Below are positions 27,850 through 40,900 of a DNA stretch of 64,000 bases, piece by piece. Each line of letters opens with the position of its first letter. The first letter of the stretch is position 1. Source of the DNA: Antedon mediterranea (taxonomy: Eukaryota; Animalia; Echinodermata); NCBI RefSeq assembly GCF_964355755.1, contig NC_092680.1, positions 4,340,001 through 4,404,000 on the forward strand, given 5' to 3'. The position numbers and the translations under genes are program-made. The notes below the pieces were generated by a model. That model made no database searches. It was not told the origin of the DNA and saw nothing but the letters and a program-made list of their open reading frames with translations.

Positions 27850-29240
27850 TTAGTAGGCGTGTCAAGTAAGATATTGACAGTAGCAAGAAGAAGCAACAAA
27901 AAACCGAATGGTCAGCAGATTGTAACATGAAATGTCAATCAAAATAGTTTTGCATGGTCAGTCTGTTCAGTCGGTCGGACTGTATTCAATGCAGTTTATT
28001 TATATACCAGTCAACAAGTTACAGTTACAAGCAAATACAATCGATTGATTGGTAATCGATCAATCAACGAGTCTGTCAGTCGTTTATTTTTCATCTGTCA
28101 TGTTTTAGTCAAAATGTCAGAATCTTTATTATTATTAATATGAATGATGGATAGCGTAGATGACGTGAGTTGGCTCCTATTCATTTTTTGCTATCTGAGC
28201 TTTCTTATTTCTAAGTGCACAGACAATCAATGATGGCGACAAAACATGCGTAGGAGATTTAGGGCGATAAGATAATTCCAATAAACGATACAAGTTGCAG
28301 TATTACAATAAATTATGATTGAAAACACAATAGTTATTGAGATGGTAATAGCTGATACTGATTTCTTGTTATATAATTTCTAATAACATATGAAATCAAT
28401 AATTTATAATACAAATAACTATAGTATTTCAATATGATATAAATAATTTATGATACAATAAGTTAATATCAATAATTATTTATTATATTAACTATTATAT
28501 CAGCAATAACTATTACGATATCATCACCCGGGTAATTTGACTGCTTACGGTGAGTTTACGAAAAAAGAAGTTTTATTTTAATATTGGGATACGACTGAGG
28601 TCAAAGGTCATATTTCAAACAAAATGGAGTGTAATAATACAATAGTTGATCCTATAAATATCACATTTCACATCGTTGAATAAGAGTAAATATGGTACTA
28701 CTATTTGCAAACGTTTTAAAACATTAAGATAAAATCGATCATCAATGTGGACTTTTGCTTTCTTTGCCGATTTTAATAAATATTTTCTAAATTCTTCAAA
28801 ATCAACAGTGAAGTAATTAATGGTTTGAAACAGATGCATTTCAAAATAACGCAAGCTATTTCATTAAATGTCAATTGGATGACCATTTTTCAAGTCTTAC
28901 ACCAATTTATCTCATGGGACCAAAATTAACATCGATAACATGCTAAACATACACTGTACCATCCTATCTAACAACAATGCTTTAATATTTAAATTCCAAC
29001 CGCCTATCAAATTAATAATGCCAAGCACGTTGTCTTAATAGGCGAATTCATTTCACACAACATTCATTTCCTTGTCATTATAGGGAATGAATTATATGAC
29101 CTACAATTCAGATCCGAATACAGAAATTAATATTAAAACTAAAAAAAAAAGTATTTTAGCATTTATCATCTGTTACCAAATGCTACCGTGGTGCGACATG
29201 TACTTCTAACTTATGTTGGCACGTGATTATGTTACCGTAA

Positions 29241-29419
29241 AGCTTGGTTCCCACTATAACGTAACGCAAGGACGTAAACGCAACGCAAGCGTTTTAACCA
29301 ATGACAAGCGAAGTTATAGACAGTTAGCAATCACAAGCGAATAAGCCATCGCTTGTGATTGGTCAATTCACTTGCGTTGCGTTACGTCCTTGCGTTGCGT
29401 CGCTAGTGGGAACCACGCT
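29241..29419 (+). mobile_element. MITE family 2 (PIF/Harbinger-like, 179 bp)
   Basis: TAA|AGCTTGGTTCCCACTA ... TAGTGGGAACCACGCT|TAA; near-identical copies at 39047, 49597, 56227. Confidence 0.85.
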
Positions 29420-29436
29420 TAATAAAGCGCGTACTC

Positions 29437-30135
29437 TCTACCGTAATATGGCATGGTACGATAATGTACCGTAAAGCGGCACGTTAATAATGTTACCGGA
29501 TGACACATATTGATACCATAATAGTATGGCACAGTACCGTAATGCTACAATAATGCGTAATGCGGCACAGTAATACACCACATTTCGGCACATAACGCTA
29601 CCATAGATACCGTAATATGGCACGTAATTACTATAAAACCGTGATATGAAACAGTCCTGCAATCATACAATCATGTTACCGTAATGCGGAACGAAGGGCT
29701 ACCATATTTTGGCACGTAACGCTACTCACCATTTTTCTTCCTTAAGCTTGATCCCCTCTAGCGACGCAACGTAACGCAACGATACGACGTATTGACGCAA
29801 AGTGCTGTATTGTGTAATCACAAGTGAGAACCGACGACACAACAGTACTGGAAACACCGGACGTTTTCACGCAGGCGGGGCTAACACAATTATAGGAAGG
29901 GCATTTTCTTACGTTGCGTAGGTTGCGTCGCTAGTGGGAACCAAGCTTTAATATGACATGATTATGATAATGCTACAATATTTCTGTAAAATATAACGTA
30001 TCAAGTATAGCTACCACATTTTAACCGTATTTCGACACGGTAATGATACCATATTTTGAAACAATGCTACACGTAACAACATTACCATAATGCTACCGTA
30101 ATATTGGTACATAACGATATTGTATTCCGGCACAT
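29437..30135 (+). repeat. degenerate ~30-bp minisatellite downstream of GPCR stop, interrupted by a MITE
   Basis: Recurrent TACCGTAATATGGCAC-like units from about 29170 to 30135. Confidence 0.6.
29745..29947. mobile_element. MITE family 2 variant (different interior)
   Basis: TTA|AGCTTGATCCCCTCTAGCGACGCAAC ... GTTGCGTCGCTAGTGGGAACCAAGCT|TTA. Confidence 0.75.
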
Positions 30136-30285
30136 GATTTGTATACGATACTTCCATGCGTTGCATTATGCCTCATTGTCAGATCAGATGAGTTGAGTCT
30201 TTGCTGGGGGCTTTGAGAAATCATCCTGGTGGTTCAGAGAATATCGTCATCATTACAAATGTAAGAGTCTCCTTATGTCTCAAAT

Positions 30286-31691
30286 TCAAAGTCCATCTGT
30301 CTGGTCAGTATAAGCCACCGTACTTTCAGTACTCCGATGACCACTGTCGAAGAATTTTTCCCATCTTTGACGCTTTTTGCACATTAGAGTTTGTTTCATT
30401 TTCTTACGAAATTGTTCTGAGAGAAAAGCATATAACATCGGATTTAATGCGCTATTCATAAGATACAAGGCAGTGGCAAATGGAACGGCATGTATACCAA
30501 ATGATGTCATTTCACCAAACAGTCCCCACATTGTCAATAAGTGTGATGGGAAAAGACATAACGCGAAACTTAATACTAACGCAATAAGAAGTCGTATTAC
30601 TTTCTTTCGTTCATTCAGTGCTTTCAATCCACGTGACCTAGAAGGCGCTTTCTTTGTTGACTTTCGAGTGACTGTCCTCTCGGAAAATCTAACGTTACAA
30701 TTATTGTTTGATTTTTGGCCATCATTCGACTTAGTGTACACGGCATCAACATTTGGCGAATCTTGAACTTTTATCTCAATAAACTTTTCTTTTTCTTCAG
30801 TAGTACCGTTCGTGTGTTTTTGCATTAAAGCTGTTTCACCACGTGATTCACCACCTGATTCGGTCTCATCCGGGTAGTCGATATAAAATTCACCACATTT
30901 CGCAATTGGTTTATCAGTTGTGTCATCTGTAAGAGGAACGGTGTGAGACTCGGTACGCTTTACTTGAGAGCCACCTTTGTATATATTCTTACGGTTACTG
31001 CTGCTGGCTGTGCTATTAGTTTTACTAATGTTATTTCTGATTTCTCGTATTGAGATGTTTTTCGCTCCTGCACTATGCCAAAGGAACACAGACATGTGAC
31101 CGTACAGTATCATCATTACAGTTAACGGTATTGCGTACCAAAGAGTAAAGGTCACAACGTATTGTTTTCTGATTAAATCACCATATCTGGCTATATCGTG
31201 CGTACAGAACGGCAACTCATTATGCTCATATATACCCATATACCATATTGGAGAAAGTGAATATAGGGTAGAAAATACCCATAGGAACGCTACAATAATC
31301 TTCATACGTTTCGCCGTCCAGACACGACGCATGCGCATCGGATACATGATAACGAGATATCGTTCTATAGCAATAGTCGTAAGGATTGCCGCTGATGCAA
31401 TTGTCGCAGTGCCGAAAACCACTTGTTCGATTTTGCAGAATACACATCCAAACGGATAATGCGTGCCAACAAATCGATACATGCTCGGAATTACAACAAG
31501 TACTGTTACCAATAGATCACAAATAGCTAGATTTACCAAGAAAAAATTAGTGGTGGTTTTCATAGATCTGTTGCGAAGTACAACCAAGATGACGAGAATA
31601 TTTCCAGTCAGTCCAAACACAAATATTAATATGTTGAATATTATAATCGCTGCTTTAATTGACGGACCTTCGTATGGATCCTCTTCCAATT
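30286..31691 (-). CDS. class A (rhodopsin-like) neuropeptide GPCR, trissin-receptor-like; main 7TM exon
   Basis: 467-aa ORF with GN (TM1), NLAICD (TM2), ERY (TM3), W (TM4), YAIPL (TM5), CLFP (TM6), NSALNPMLYAFLSEQFR (TM7/H8); long ICL3. Acceptor TTATTATTAACAG ends at 31692, phase 1. LWY.IPL...LY...LW.S and RKKVIRLLI..V.SFA.C..P.H...MW recall trissin receptors (recognition from memory). Confidence 0.9.
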
Positions 31692-31884
31692 CTGTTAATA
31701 ATAATTAAAAAAAGAAAAGAAACATACTATTATAAACAGTATTAAATTACACTATATTGTGGGCGTAGCACCCCACAAAAAGAAAAGACTAGGCTTGAAT
31801 TGTTCAAAGTATAAGTACAATTTATGAGGATAGCTCAACAATAAATATGCATATTCAAAACCGTCATCTTGAGGGAATGAAACT

Positions 31885-31960
31885 AGTAATAACCGAGTTA
31901 TAAACAAGACTGAGAGTCGTGTTAATAACACGAATGTTGGGGTTCGAACCCCACGCTGGT
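31885..31960 (+). repeat. tRNA-derived SINE head relic
   Basis: Degenerate A box (TAACCGAGTT) and B box GGGTTCGAACCCC; no complete cloverleaf. Confidence 0.35.
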
Positions 31961-34295
31961 GGAATAGAGTTAAAGCTATGCGAGCTACTGTGTTTAGGGT
32001 TCACAGCATTATACGTTCCTCTTTCCACTACACATTATGAGGCAGCACCAGCAATGCATCTGATGATGATGTCAGAAATTAGGTACAACTAATAATATAT
32101 AACATTGTGTATAGATGACGATGTACTGATCGACTAATTAGCCGTGGGCTAGGACTTAGGCATAAGAAACCTAGTTTTTAAAGTACAGTATAGAAAAACT
32201 CAAATAAAGTAGTTACATTTTAACATTACCCTAATATTATCGTAGGCGATTATTGTATTTGTTTTATGAATTGTACAAATATTACAATTAGTAATTAGGC
32301 TTTTGTGTGTGGCTCGCGCTGTTTGTATTTTATAATTAATTTGTTCTGTTGAATTACCGTCATGGTCCGCATGCCTCGCTGGCTCGCACCTTTGCAACAC
32401 TCACTAAATGGAAGTTTTTTTCAATATAACTTCAAATCATGTAAAGTGCATTTTCCGGTGACCTAGCAGCTCTATTTTAACAAAGCATTTCTTATCTCTC
32501 CCCCACCCCCGCCTAGTTCAGCTTACTCAGTTGATTTTCAAGCGCCTGCTTGTGGGGGGTAGGGGGAGAGGAGAGAGATGGAGTGCGTGTAAACATAGGC
32601 CTACATGAACACGTTACCGAACAAAATAGTGACGGAAACGATTTTGAAATAGTGGGTGGGGAGTTATGCATCGACATTGTAAAATAATAAAACTATGTAA
32701 TATATCTTGTGCATTGTGTAAGTTCACAATTTCGGAGCATGCCATGCCTATCGTTTATGCACAATTTAAAAAAGGCGAGGCTTTTCTAAAGCAAAGCTAG
32801 GAAATTTTTCTGTCCTTAAGTGACGTAAGAACTACTCTTATACGCAGCAGCATAAATCAAATCGATAAAGAATTAAAGTGTTCCTGGGCTTTGTGCTGCT
32901 TTAAAGATCAAAATCAAGTTGATTACGTATCCAGCACACGTTGTAAAGCCAATTTGAATTTTAATATTGAGTATGGCAGTCCAGGGTCACACTACGGTAA
33001 TTTAAACACTCAATCTTGTCGATGTCCGTGATATCCATGTGTTAAAAACTATAAATTGATGTCGCAGTGTGAACCACGTGTGTACGTGGGATGTATTTAC
33101 TATGTTAGTTTTAGCCACGTTTTGTTTTTACCCTAGAGCCATACAAACGTTATGACATTCAGAAGCTTTATGAAAAAAACCATATGCTCACACCAAACAT
33201 TTATTATATATTTAGTGGCATTTTACTTTTATGCGATTAGTAAATTATTAATAGAAGTTTGATTATTTTGACATTTTTTATTGAGAACATTATATTATAC
33301 AGGAACATTTACTACTTATTAATACTTACAAAAAAAAAAGTTTGTAAGAGTTATCTTACACAATTTTCCACTGATCTTTTTTCTGGTAGATTTTAACGTG
33401 TACCATGTTAAGATCAATCATGTGTACCATAATAAAATCGAATGTACCTTAATTAGTGCATGCATTTTGTGATGATGCAACAAAAACGTGATTTATGCGG
33501 TGATTGCCTTCCATAGACACTGCGGCGACGGCGGCGGGGTTTTTCAATGTACTGCTGTACTACACTACTTCTTTGCTACTACTGTACTAACTAGTCTACA
33601 CGTCACACTGGACACACACACGGTGCCTAGCCTAGGCCCAGGCCTAGGGCCTATATTAATACTTACCAGAAGAAAATTCAAAAAAGGCAAGAAAGAAGGT
33701 AGCAGGTAAATGTTTTGTTCTATTATGTTGGGCCTTTCTTGTTAACAATCTAGACCTAGACTGCCCTTGTTGTAGTGTCACACACGCCCGACATAGCCTA
33801 GCTAGCTAGGCCTACTAGGGCCGGCTGCGATTTTTTTTTTCGTACATAAGTTGGGGACCCCCTCATGAAACGTTACAAAATAAACATGAATAATTCATCA
33901 GTTAAATTTTCTTGTTCCGTGTACTGTGCACCCAAGCGTATAGCAACAAGAAGTGATTACACGACACAAGTGCGGTACGATTCTAGGCCTAATCTCCGCT
34001 GTGGTTGCCGCGTGGGATTTCATAAAAGAATAGCGATCGACGTTTTGTGTGGATTGTCGAAATAATCAGCCTTTAGTTTATGGTGTTTTTAATATAATTT
34101 ATTACTAAAGAATTACGTGTTAAAACTATAGTTTCTATTAATACTATTAGGCCTAATTATTAGTCTCTAAACCCATTTCTATTCTAGTAGTGTGGGTGTG
34201 TGCATGGAGTTTACTCCATGGTGTGTGTGAGGTGTGTGTGTTTAGTTATGACACAGTCCGAGTAATAAGTCATCAAAATTAAACAATAAACATTA

Positions 34296-36092
34296 GGCCA
34301 TATAAAAAAAAACAACAGTTGATCGTCCCCGCCCGCATGCTTTTCTCAGGCCGCATCAATTTTTATTTTATTTTTTATTTCGATATTTTGTATATAAAAC
34401 ATTGATTTATGTTGTACCTTTGTCGAAAGCTAGGCCTAGCTCTTTCTTTTTTCGTGATCCACAGCCGTCGGGAGCCATCGATACACATCGTCGACTGCGA
34501 TAAATTTGAGGTCATATTCTTTGATTATAGGTCAGCGATGATAGAGGTATCACTGCCGTTGAATGTATGAATATTTTGAATTACACTCATCATGGGTATA
34601 ATATTTTACATAAACGTCTGGATCTAATTAGAATTTTCACAGCCGCTATATGCTCGCTACTCCTTAAAAATGTTGCCGTGAAGCAAAAAACGACTGGATT
34701 TGGAGAACACATGTTTTTGGTTCTACCTTCCGTTTCTATCGCTATATTCTATACATTTGAGTTACAGTATACACTATTAATATTTATAATTATTGGTTCC
34801 TTGGTAGGCCTACTTTTTAGTCCTTTTATCAATTGTTACATAATAATTTGATCTAGGATAGTAGGATACTGCTAGACTAGATAGTAGTTAAACAACATGG
34901 TTTTTATTTGTGTTTCGATTCGGACTGCAACAAAAATCGTGAAGCCCGCCCTTGGTATGCGAGAACGGTGTAGTGGACGGCCGACGTACTCTCGCAGACA
35001 TTTTCTCTGATTTTGCAGGCGGCGAATTCGATCAAGGTGGACCGATAGGAGACCAATACCAAACTACGGAGGTGAGTAATTGTTCGGTAAAAATGTTCAT
35101 ATAGAAGTAACAAAACTGTAGGCTAGCATATTGTCGCGAGAGAGTGTAGAGTTTGCCTACCCATAGAGGGACGAATTGACCCGGCTGGGTTGAAACTGTC
35201 CCATATATATAAATAGGCTAGATGTTTACGGACGTGTTCGGGTACATGACCCACGTCCTGTTTAAAATATGTGTGTATGCATTGATATTCCCTCCCTCTT
35301 TGGATGTCATATTATCATATTATTGTCATGTTCAGAATTCTTTCAACACAACTGAATTTACCATATATTTACCCCTACTCTTTTTCATTCTTTATTCTAG
35401 TGTGAAGAATGCCTCAAGTGGCGAGTATGTTATGCAGCACATGTTCTGAAGCGTGACCAAGGGCAGCTCTTGGAACGAGAACTGGACACACTGTCGTATT
35501 CATGTGGAACTTGTTTTCAAGACATCCTGGGAGAGGACGATTCTATTGTTTTTGTCAATGACAAAATGACATGTGCCCTGCCTATCGAAGCAGCTTATTA
35601 CATAACATTCACAGACCCCCTGTGCTTTTATTGTGGAACTGAGCACAATTTATCAATTGAAAACATGAATTATCCACTTTGTAGTGAATGCAAGGAATCA
35701 GGCAAAACACCCAAAAGGAAAAACACTAGAGCATTTGTGCCACAGTAGGCTAATAATATCCAGAAGTTTGATATAAAGTCAAAGTGTACAAAAAGGACTT
35801 TTATTGTGACCCCCTGATAAAATAAAAAAAAAAGGTGTATTATAATATTTGCTGTTCTGTATACTTATGTTTGTTTAGACATCTTACAGTACTTACCATA
35901 TTTATTTGAATTGTCAGGAAGGGTGTATGCGAGGGGTGGGAGTGATTTTTATTCATAGCGGCATGTTTATTCAAGAAAATACGGTAGTGAATCGCCATCT
36001 TGGAAAAATAAAAAATAAAAAATAAAAAGAGCCTCTTACTTCCTTTTTTTAGAAAACCAGGACGATCAACTGTTGTTTTTTTTTACATGGCC
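34296..36092 (+). mobile_element. internally deleted Zator-like DNA transposon in GPCR intron
   Basis: TTA|GGCCATATAAAAAAAAACAACAGTTGATCGTCC ... GGACGATCAACTGTTGTTTTTTTTTACATGGCC|TTA: ~33-bp TIR, GG terminus, 3-bp TWA TSD; contains a Cys-rich transposase C-terminal exon. Confidence 0.7.
35401..35748 (+). pseudogene. transposase C-terminal exon remnant (Cys-rich, Zator-like)
   Basis: Polypyrimidine + TAG acceptor at 35400, open frame CEECLKWRVCYA...YSCG...TCALPIEAAYY...CFYCG...YPLCSEC..GK to TAG; no DDE core in the element. Confidence 0.6.
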
Positions 36093-36908
36093 TTACACAA
36101 AAATACATTTTTTATTCTCGTGGGTCTAATCTTCCCATATCATGTGTTCATATACGCGCATTTTTAAAGTTCCTTTGAGTACATGCATATTGTTTGATAA
36201 TAAAATAGCAGAATTAAAAAATTACAGTAGGCCTACACAAATTATACACATTTTTTATTCTTGTGGGTCTAAGCTTTCTTTGGGCTATGTCCAATTACTA
36301 CTTAGTTTAATGTCTTGCCTAGCTGTCGATTAGCCTCGACACATTTTGCATAGTGGTGTGTGTGAAGAAGAGTGCGCGAAGGCAATCACGTGAATTGACC
36401 TAGAATCCTAGGCCAACTGTAGAAAGAATCGTATCGCAGTTTAGTTGTGCGTGTAATCACTTCTTGTTGCTATACGCTTGGGTGCACACGGAACAACAAA
36501 TTTAACTGATGAATTATTCATGTTTATTTTGTGACGTTTCATGAGGGGTCCCCAACTTATGTAAGAAAAAAAAAATCGCGGGCCGGCTAGGCCTACGTCA
36601 CAAGACCAACACCAAAACAACCTTAGGCCTAGGCCTAGAAAGTCAATAATCACCAACACAATTTTAAACCGGTATTGAATTGAACCAAATAGGCATAGGG
36701 CCTAGCCTAGGTCGGTGCTAATGCACTTTCGCACCACAATCTCTAGTCTTACCAAATTTAAAAACATTCACCTACTGCGCGGCGGATGGTGAGTGACCGT
36801 GAAGTCTTATTCCCAGATTTTTTAGGCGAGAAACTACAGTAGCGCCGCTTTTAGTAGTAGGCCTACCTGACCAAACTTTGGTTTATTTTCAAACTCCGAT
36901 TTACTTAC

Positions 36909-36959
36909 CATCATAGCCTGCAGTTGCTGATGGTACATAGTCATCATCACCATAATAAC
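36909..36959 (-). CDS. GPCR N-terminal microexon (51 nt)
   Basis: TTTTCAG|...|GTAAGT; phase 1-1; encodes GYYGDDDYVPSATAGYD in frame with the main exon. Confidence 0.75.
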
Positions 36960-37086
36960 CTGAAAACAGTAAAAAAAAAAAAACCTTATTAAATATTATT
37001 AATTAGCCTTAGGCCTAGGCCTAGTAAGATTGCAATCAACCACAATTTAATTAAAAAATATAAATATAGCTAGAACTCCTGTCTTA

Positions 37087-37226
37087 AGCTCTGTCTACAC
37101 TATCAAACTAGTTTGACAAAGTGTGATGTGCCCAAATATGGTAGTGATATAACCAAATATGGTAGTGATATGACATCATCATGTCCATTATGGGCATATC
37201 ACATTTTTGATAGTGTAGACAGAGCT
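37087..37226. mobile_element. MITE family 1 copy
   Basis: AGCTCTGTCTACACTATCAAA ... TTTGATAGTGTAGACAGAGCT perfect TIR. Confidence 0.85.
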
Positions 37227-37876
37227 TAAGGAGGTATAATTACAATCTACACTCGACTCATGTTATGATACCGATGTACAGTCAGGGAATAATTTCGCCA
37301 GTGTAGCATAGCAAAAAGCTATACAAAACAACCTTTTTGCTACACATTTCTACAATTGTGTAGCAAAAAATACAATACAAAACTATGTTTCTTGACTACT
37401 GTAAAAAATCAGTTTGATTAGCAATTTTGCTAAACAAAATTTTCAAATGAAATTTTTCTCTGACAGTACATGCACTCATAGCTCACATAACTATTTATGT
37501 GTTGCTAAGATACACGTATTGTAAAATTTCTTAATTACCAAAAATAACACTGGGAGAGGATAACGAATTGTAATATAAAATGTACAAGCAATGTTTTGTG
37601 TTCTTTACCCGAAAATAAATATTTTGATACAGGAGAGCTACGGGCAAAACACTAAGTAGTATACTGTTGGATTTAAAAACATAACTTGATGTACTTTATG
37701 CAAATGAATTATAAAAGTTCCCAAATATTTCACTGCTTAATTAATTCGTATTTTTTGGAAATATATAATAAAACCGTGATTTGCATGTTTTACATCAATC
37801 TTGACATACTGTAGTGATCCTCACATTTCATTAGGCCTAAATTTTACATTTACTAAATTACGATATCATGACTTAC

Positions 37877-37897
37877 CAGTAATGTTGTCGGTGCCCT
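37877..37897 (-). CDS. GPCR N-terminal microexon (21 nt)
   Basis: TTTTATTTCAG|AGGGCACCGACAACATTACTG|GTAAGT; phase 1-1; encodes EGTDNIT with an N-glycosylation sequon. Confidence 0.7.
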
Positions 37898-39046
37898 CTG
37901 AAATAAAATTGAAGAAAATAGTAAATAATTATTTTAGATAAACAGGTACAGTATACTGATACCCGTTAACTATATTATATTTAATATCTGGCTTAGTTAA
38001 CATTAGGCCTATTGGGAGCTTTCGATTTTTAAAGACTGACGACCAACTTCGGTCGTGTCAAAACGAAATCACGGCTCCCCTCCTATTTTTCCATTTAGTG
38101 TCGTTAACTCGAAATTATTTGATATACCGTAGAACATAGAGTATACCGTATGCGGCTCTGTTGGAATGAAAAGGAATTTACGAGCGGAAAACCAATATAG
38201 AAAGGTTATTATAAATATAGAACAGAGTAGCTGTTCGACACTTCATATTTAATCCACTTTATTAATCGTTTTATATAACTGACATTAATTTGACATACTG
38301 GGGAATTTTAGGAAATATAAACGTTAACTTTTGCATATTGATTAATAAAAATACGCATGCAATTATATTATAATTATAAAAGAGACAGATATTTGGCATG
38401 TAATGTTAGATACACCGCTAACTCGTTGCCCTTAATGTGATAATCGCATTTGATCCGTTACATTAATTTTAGTTGATGGACATTGCCGTTTAGTATCTAA
38501 AATAAGGTTGACTTCTGACCTACAAAATTATTATAACGAAAAAGGTGATCAAGACTTGTCAGTAGAACTTTGTAACTATGGATAACATAACCATTTGAGA
38601 GCTGTGATGAGTGGACGATTTTATTTTTCACACTGTCCAATAGCCTACGCTTGGCATTTAGGATGGGAAACCTGAGAGCACTGTTTGGTCGTCAGAAAAA
38701 GCCCGTAAATTCCTCACTTTGGCTTTTTTTTGTTCGATATAATTTGCATGCATCCATGTCATATAAAACATAATGACCGCAATATCGTAGTAGGCCTAAG
38801 GTTTTTAAATTACAATTAAAACACGTCAGGGAGAGAGACGCTGCATGGGGAGGTGGATGAACCTGTCCATAGTTGTAATGGTAGTAGCCTACTTAGTAGA
38901 AAACGATGACTATTTTGGTAGTTTTCGATTGTTTCAGTAAAGTTTTTTAAAGTATAAACCAATAAAAATAATGATCAGCTAAAAAGCTGTATTGTGTTTT
39001 TCTCGTCGTAATAATTGAAATCAGAAAATTACGTATGTAATAATAA

Positions 39047-39225
39047 AGCTTGGTTCCCACTAGAACGTAACGCAAGGACGTAAACGCAACGCAAGCGTTT
39101 TAACCAATGACAAGCGAAGTTATAGACAGTTACCAATCACAAGCGAATAAGCCATCGCTTGTGATTGGTCAATTCACTTGCGTTGCGTTACGTCCTTGTG
39201 TTGCGTCGCTAGTGGGAACCACGCT
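39047..39225 (+). mobile_element. MITE family 2 copy, 20 nt from a GPCR splice donor
   Basis: 179 bp, TAA TSD, nearly identical to the 29241 copy. Confidence 0.85.
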
Positions 39226-39245
39226 TAACAACAGAACAAACTCAC

Positions 39246-39279
39246 CATGAGAAGGGATCTTGCATGATATTGTTCCCAT
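39246..39279 (-). CDS. GPCR first coding exon (exon 39373-39246 including 5' UTR)
   Basis: ACA-ATG-G start with upstream in-frame TAA; MGTISCKIPSH + G|GTGAG donor; poly-T + TAG acceptor at 39374. Confidence 0.7.
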
Positions 39280-40694
39280 TGTATTCGGTTTTTTATTACT
39301 GTAGTAATGTCTTCCAATGAGTTAGTAATTATCCAGTACGAAAAGGTGGGTTGACTTTATTCAAGTCAGAAATCTAACAAAAAAAAAAAACAAAAAAAGA
39401 TTGTCTACTTAATTAAATTTCTTTATTTCGGAATATTTTATCCATATAAAAAAAAACCAAAAAAATATAGAAAACTTCTCCACCGACAATGCATTTTTGA
39501 GTTTTTTTTCATCAAAATTCTTTATCGATGCAATACACTTTATTCGTCTTCGGAAGAAATACAACAAACTTTCACTTTAAACAGATACTGTAGGGCCTAC
39601 GACATCAGCAAACAAAAACTGCAGGCCTAAACAAAACATATATTAACTTAAAGAAAGGACCAGTCGAGAAATGAATGCTGTTTAAATTTTTAGCTTTTGG
39701 TTTTAAACCCATGACAGCAAAAATTTCATTTTTTAATTTGGATGTGAATGACAGTTAGTCGGTGTTTAAAATACCAATGTGCGCTACTCGACGTTTGAGC
39801 TCTCGACACGCGACATGATGCGTTGAAAAAACGATTAGTATATTTACGCAACGTAACGAGATACAAACAATTATAAGCGGATTGTTTTTATAGATGACAT
39901 TTTGGTAGCAGCGTTTGAAACGAAAACTAAAGAATGAAGTTCATTGATTTCAAATGGTTTGATGTGTGTGATGAATATAAGTGTAATTGTTGTCAAAGTG
40001 TATACTTCTGTGTCATTCTAAACGTCTGTAGAAATAAACACGTGTGGACTCAGAACACATCATTTGCCGTAACCGCCAATCATTGGATGAGAACTGATTT
40101 ATACTAATCAATCAAGTCGTGATATCGGCTTAGGCGCGCCTAAATAATGACATTTATAAGAAAACGATTGGAGATTTTTTGAAGGGGTGAGGCGGGGTGA
40201 AGGGAACTCTGGTTTCTTCATCAACAAGAAGCATTTTCGGAAAACCCTGATTCGAACCCCGTTTTGATCACCGTTTTACCACACCTTGCATGTATAATTA
40301 TTATAATTATTCGGCAGACGAGAATTTAAAAAAAAATGGAACCCCAAAAAACAATTTATGTCTATACCTAAACTTGATCTCCGAATTAATCAATTGCATT
40401 ATCTCTGTGAGTTAAATTAAAGCATCAACATCGTTATACATTATTATAAATTATTATATACAAAATAATGTAAATTATACTCCAATTAAGCTTAGAAGAG
40501 AATTATCATTGTTTAATAGTACAAAAAAAAGCGGGTGCTTGTCAATTTCAATACCATTTACAGTACAATAAACACGACAAAAGAAAATATTAATGCATTA
40601 TAGAAACTTAGAAAATAAATAAATAAAATTAATGTTGTTGTTATAGTACCGTATATTTCCGTAATTTAAAATTTGCACTGTTGACTGAGATTAC

Positions 40695-40843
40695 ATTTTG
40701 ACACATGTGAGCCCGATAAACAAAAACCAAGGAAACGAGTATTGGTTGAAAAGTTATTTAATATGAATGGCAAGTCATCGTTGCAACATGCACGTAAAAG
40801 GAGAACATAAAAAAGGAACATTGGGATGCTCTGAAAGGGCCAA
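40695..40843 (-). repeat. split direct repeat B2 (3' terminus)
   Basis: 149 bp, identical by eye to 41022-41170. Confidence 0.95.
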
Positions 40844-40900
40844 AACACATGTCTCAAAATCGTAATTGAAAAAAACAAAAGATAGGGAGTGGAGGGAGGG

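Larger units (their letters stand above)
33807..36597. repeat. pair of ~180-bp inverted repeats (about 33807-33990 and 36426-36597) enclosing the Zator element
   Basis: CATAAGTTGGGGACCCC...CACCCAAGCGTATAGCAACAAGAAGTGATTACACG is mirrored on the other strand; the ORF track shows the same spurious peptide (KINMNNSSVKF...APKRIATRSDYT) on + and -. Confidence 0.75.

Noticed and set aside
30201-31708. Overlapping ORFs at 30201, 30377, 31226 and 31463
   Set aside because: Antisense or alternative-frame shadows of the GPCR exon with no recognisable motifs
31885-31960. tRNA gene
   Set aside because: B-box hairpin present, but no acceptor stem or full cloverleaf; better explained as a SINE head
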